This document shows, in pieces, positions 23,091-24,000 of a stretch of 24,000 bases of DNA. The notes beneath the pieces are model-generated. The model made no database searches. It saw nothing but the letters and a program-made list of their open reading frames with translations, and was not told where the DNA came from. The stretch covers positions 842,216 through 866,215 of the forward strand of contig NZ_CP098813.1 in assembly GCF_036825535.1 (NCBI RefSeq), in the 5' to 3' direction. Origin of the DNA: Parasalinivibrio latis (GTDB lineage Bacteria > Pseudomonadota > Gammaproteobacteria > Enterobacterales > Vibrionaceae). Every line of letters begins with the position of its first letter. Position 1 is the stretch's first letter. The position numbers and the translations under genes were made by a program.

Positions 23091-24000
23091 ATGGATCAGT
23101 CTCTTCTTCCCAATATCTTTGATTTCCTTTCCCGCACCGACCCCTTTGATACGCTCTCCCCTGAAGAAAGGGAAAAGCTGGCGGCATCGGTGGATATTTC
23201 CTATCTGGCTCAGGGTGACAAACTGGATGGAAACCGAATTGTCGGTACCGGTTTATATATGGTGCGCACCGGCGCCGTTGAACAACGCTATCCGGACGGT
23301 GCGCTCCGCGCTCGCCTCGGTAGCGGAGATCTGTTCGGGTTCAGCCAGATGCACCGCCACGGCGAGTGCGAATACGCATTGGTCGCACTTGAGAATACGC
23401 TGCTGTACCTGATTCCCCGGCAGGTGCTGGACAGATTGATTGCCGAGAACCCGGCGGTCAGCCACTACTTTGCTGCTACAGAAGGCGTACGTCTGGCAAG
23501 CAGCAAGCAAAATGATATCTGGGGTGGGAACAACAGCCTCTACCTCAGTACCGTGGGCAGCACGTTAAACCGGACCGTGGTCAGGGTGACACCGGATATG
23601 TCAATCCGCGAAGCTGCGCAGGAGATGGTGCGGCTTCACCGTTCAAGTGCGCTGGTCATGGACGGCGATACCCTGGTCGGCATTGTGACCGACAGGGACA
23701 TGACCAAGCGCGTGGTGGCAGAAGGTCTGGATATCAGCCTGCCGGTTTCTTCTGTAATGACGGACATGCCGGTTGCCATTGACAGTGAAGCCCCTCTCAT
23801 CCGGGCCGTTGAACAGATGATGCAGCACAACGTGCGCAGTTTGCCGGTCTTGGAAAACGGTAAAGTGGCGGGTGTGATGACCGCAACCAGCCTCGTCCAG
23901 AAAAGCCAGATCCAGGCGGTTTACCTGATTAGCCGCATCTACCGGCAGGAAAGCATTGCTGACCTGAAAATACTGGCAGTGCAGCGCCAGTCGGTTTACG
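23091..24000 (+). CDS. cNMP-binding / tandem-CBS / DUF294 putative nucleotidyltransferase family protein, N-terminal part (3' end outside window)
   Basis: The frame is open from ATG 23091 to the window edge, so it is absent from the ORF track. The translation begins MDQSLLPNIFDFLSRTDPFDTLSPEEREKLAASVDISYLAQGDKL.... A cNMP-binding-like segment follows (GTGLYMVRTGAVEQRYPDGALRARLGSGDLFGF). Two CBS motifs follow (VVRVTPDMSIREAAQEMVRLHRSSALVMDGDTLVGIVTDRDMTKRV and ...VEQMMQHNVRSLPVLENGKVAGVMTATSLV). Confidence 0.85.
   Translation, partial: MDQSLLPNIFDFLSRTDPFDTLSPEEREKLAASVDISYLAQGDKLDGNRIVGTGLYMVRTGAVEQRYPDGALRARLGSGDLFGFSQMHRHGECEYALVALENTLLYLIPRQVLDRLIAENPAVSHYFAATEGVRLASSKQNDIWGGNNSLYLSTVGSTLNRTVVRVTPDMSIREAAQEMVRLHRSSALVMDGDTLVGIVTDRDMTKRVVAEGLDISLPVSSVMTDMPVAIDSEAPLIRAVEQMMQHNVRSLPVLENGKVAGVMTATSLVQKSQIQAVYLISRIYRQESIADLKILAVQRQSVY

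Noticed and set aside
23077-23412. A 111-aa ORF from the ORF track lies at the start of the last gene region.
   Set aside because: It is out of frame with the convincing cNMP-binding/CBS reading frame, which starts at ATG 23091 and stays open to the window edge. Its translation has no recognisable motifs.

Overview
This window looks like an ordinary gammaproteobacterial chromosomal region of metabolic and sensory genes. The gene content is Vibrionaceae-like, but that is a guess and cannot be proven from the sequence. I support 16 CDS.

Gene content, left to right:
- The 3' end of glcE, then glcF (glycolate oxidase).
- A VOC/glyoxalase-fold protein, a YciI (DGPF) protein and a translationally coupled 414-aa ECF sigma factor with a long C-terminal extension. 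This is an ECF42-type module with no anti-sigma gene.
- A roughly 30% GC, hairpin-rich 464-bp spacer.
- A minus-strand pair: an orphan family-5 periplasmic solute-binding protein followed by a 975-aa Cache/HAMP/PAS chemoreceptor.
- An ebgR-ebgA-ebgC-ygjI cluster colinear with the E. coli ebg locus.
- An Aer-like PAS aerotaxis receptor.
- iolD as a stand-alone unit, then iolG plus an SSS-family Na+/solute symporter.
- The 5' part of a cNMP-binding/CBS/DUF294 protein.

I found no rRNA, tRNA, CRISPR array, IS element, integrase, phage gene or recognisable defence gene. I do not see a convincing undescribed multi-gene system.

Items most worth follow-up:
1. An 18-bp palindrome, perfect at the iolG promoter and matching 15/18 at the iolD promoter. 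It overlaps predicted core promoter elements and no cognate regulator is in the window.
2. The orphan binding protein and chemoreceptor pair. The receptor also carries a C-terminal xWxxF tether motif.
3. The ECF42-type sigma/YciI/VOC module, a class whose signals and targets are poorly known.
4. The conserved linkage of ebgAC to a ygjI-type APC transporter.

Several ORF-track start coordinates are upstream over-extensions. I corrected them using RBS position and homolog N-termini recalled from memory. All similarity statements come from memory and by-eye translation, not from database searches.
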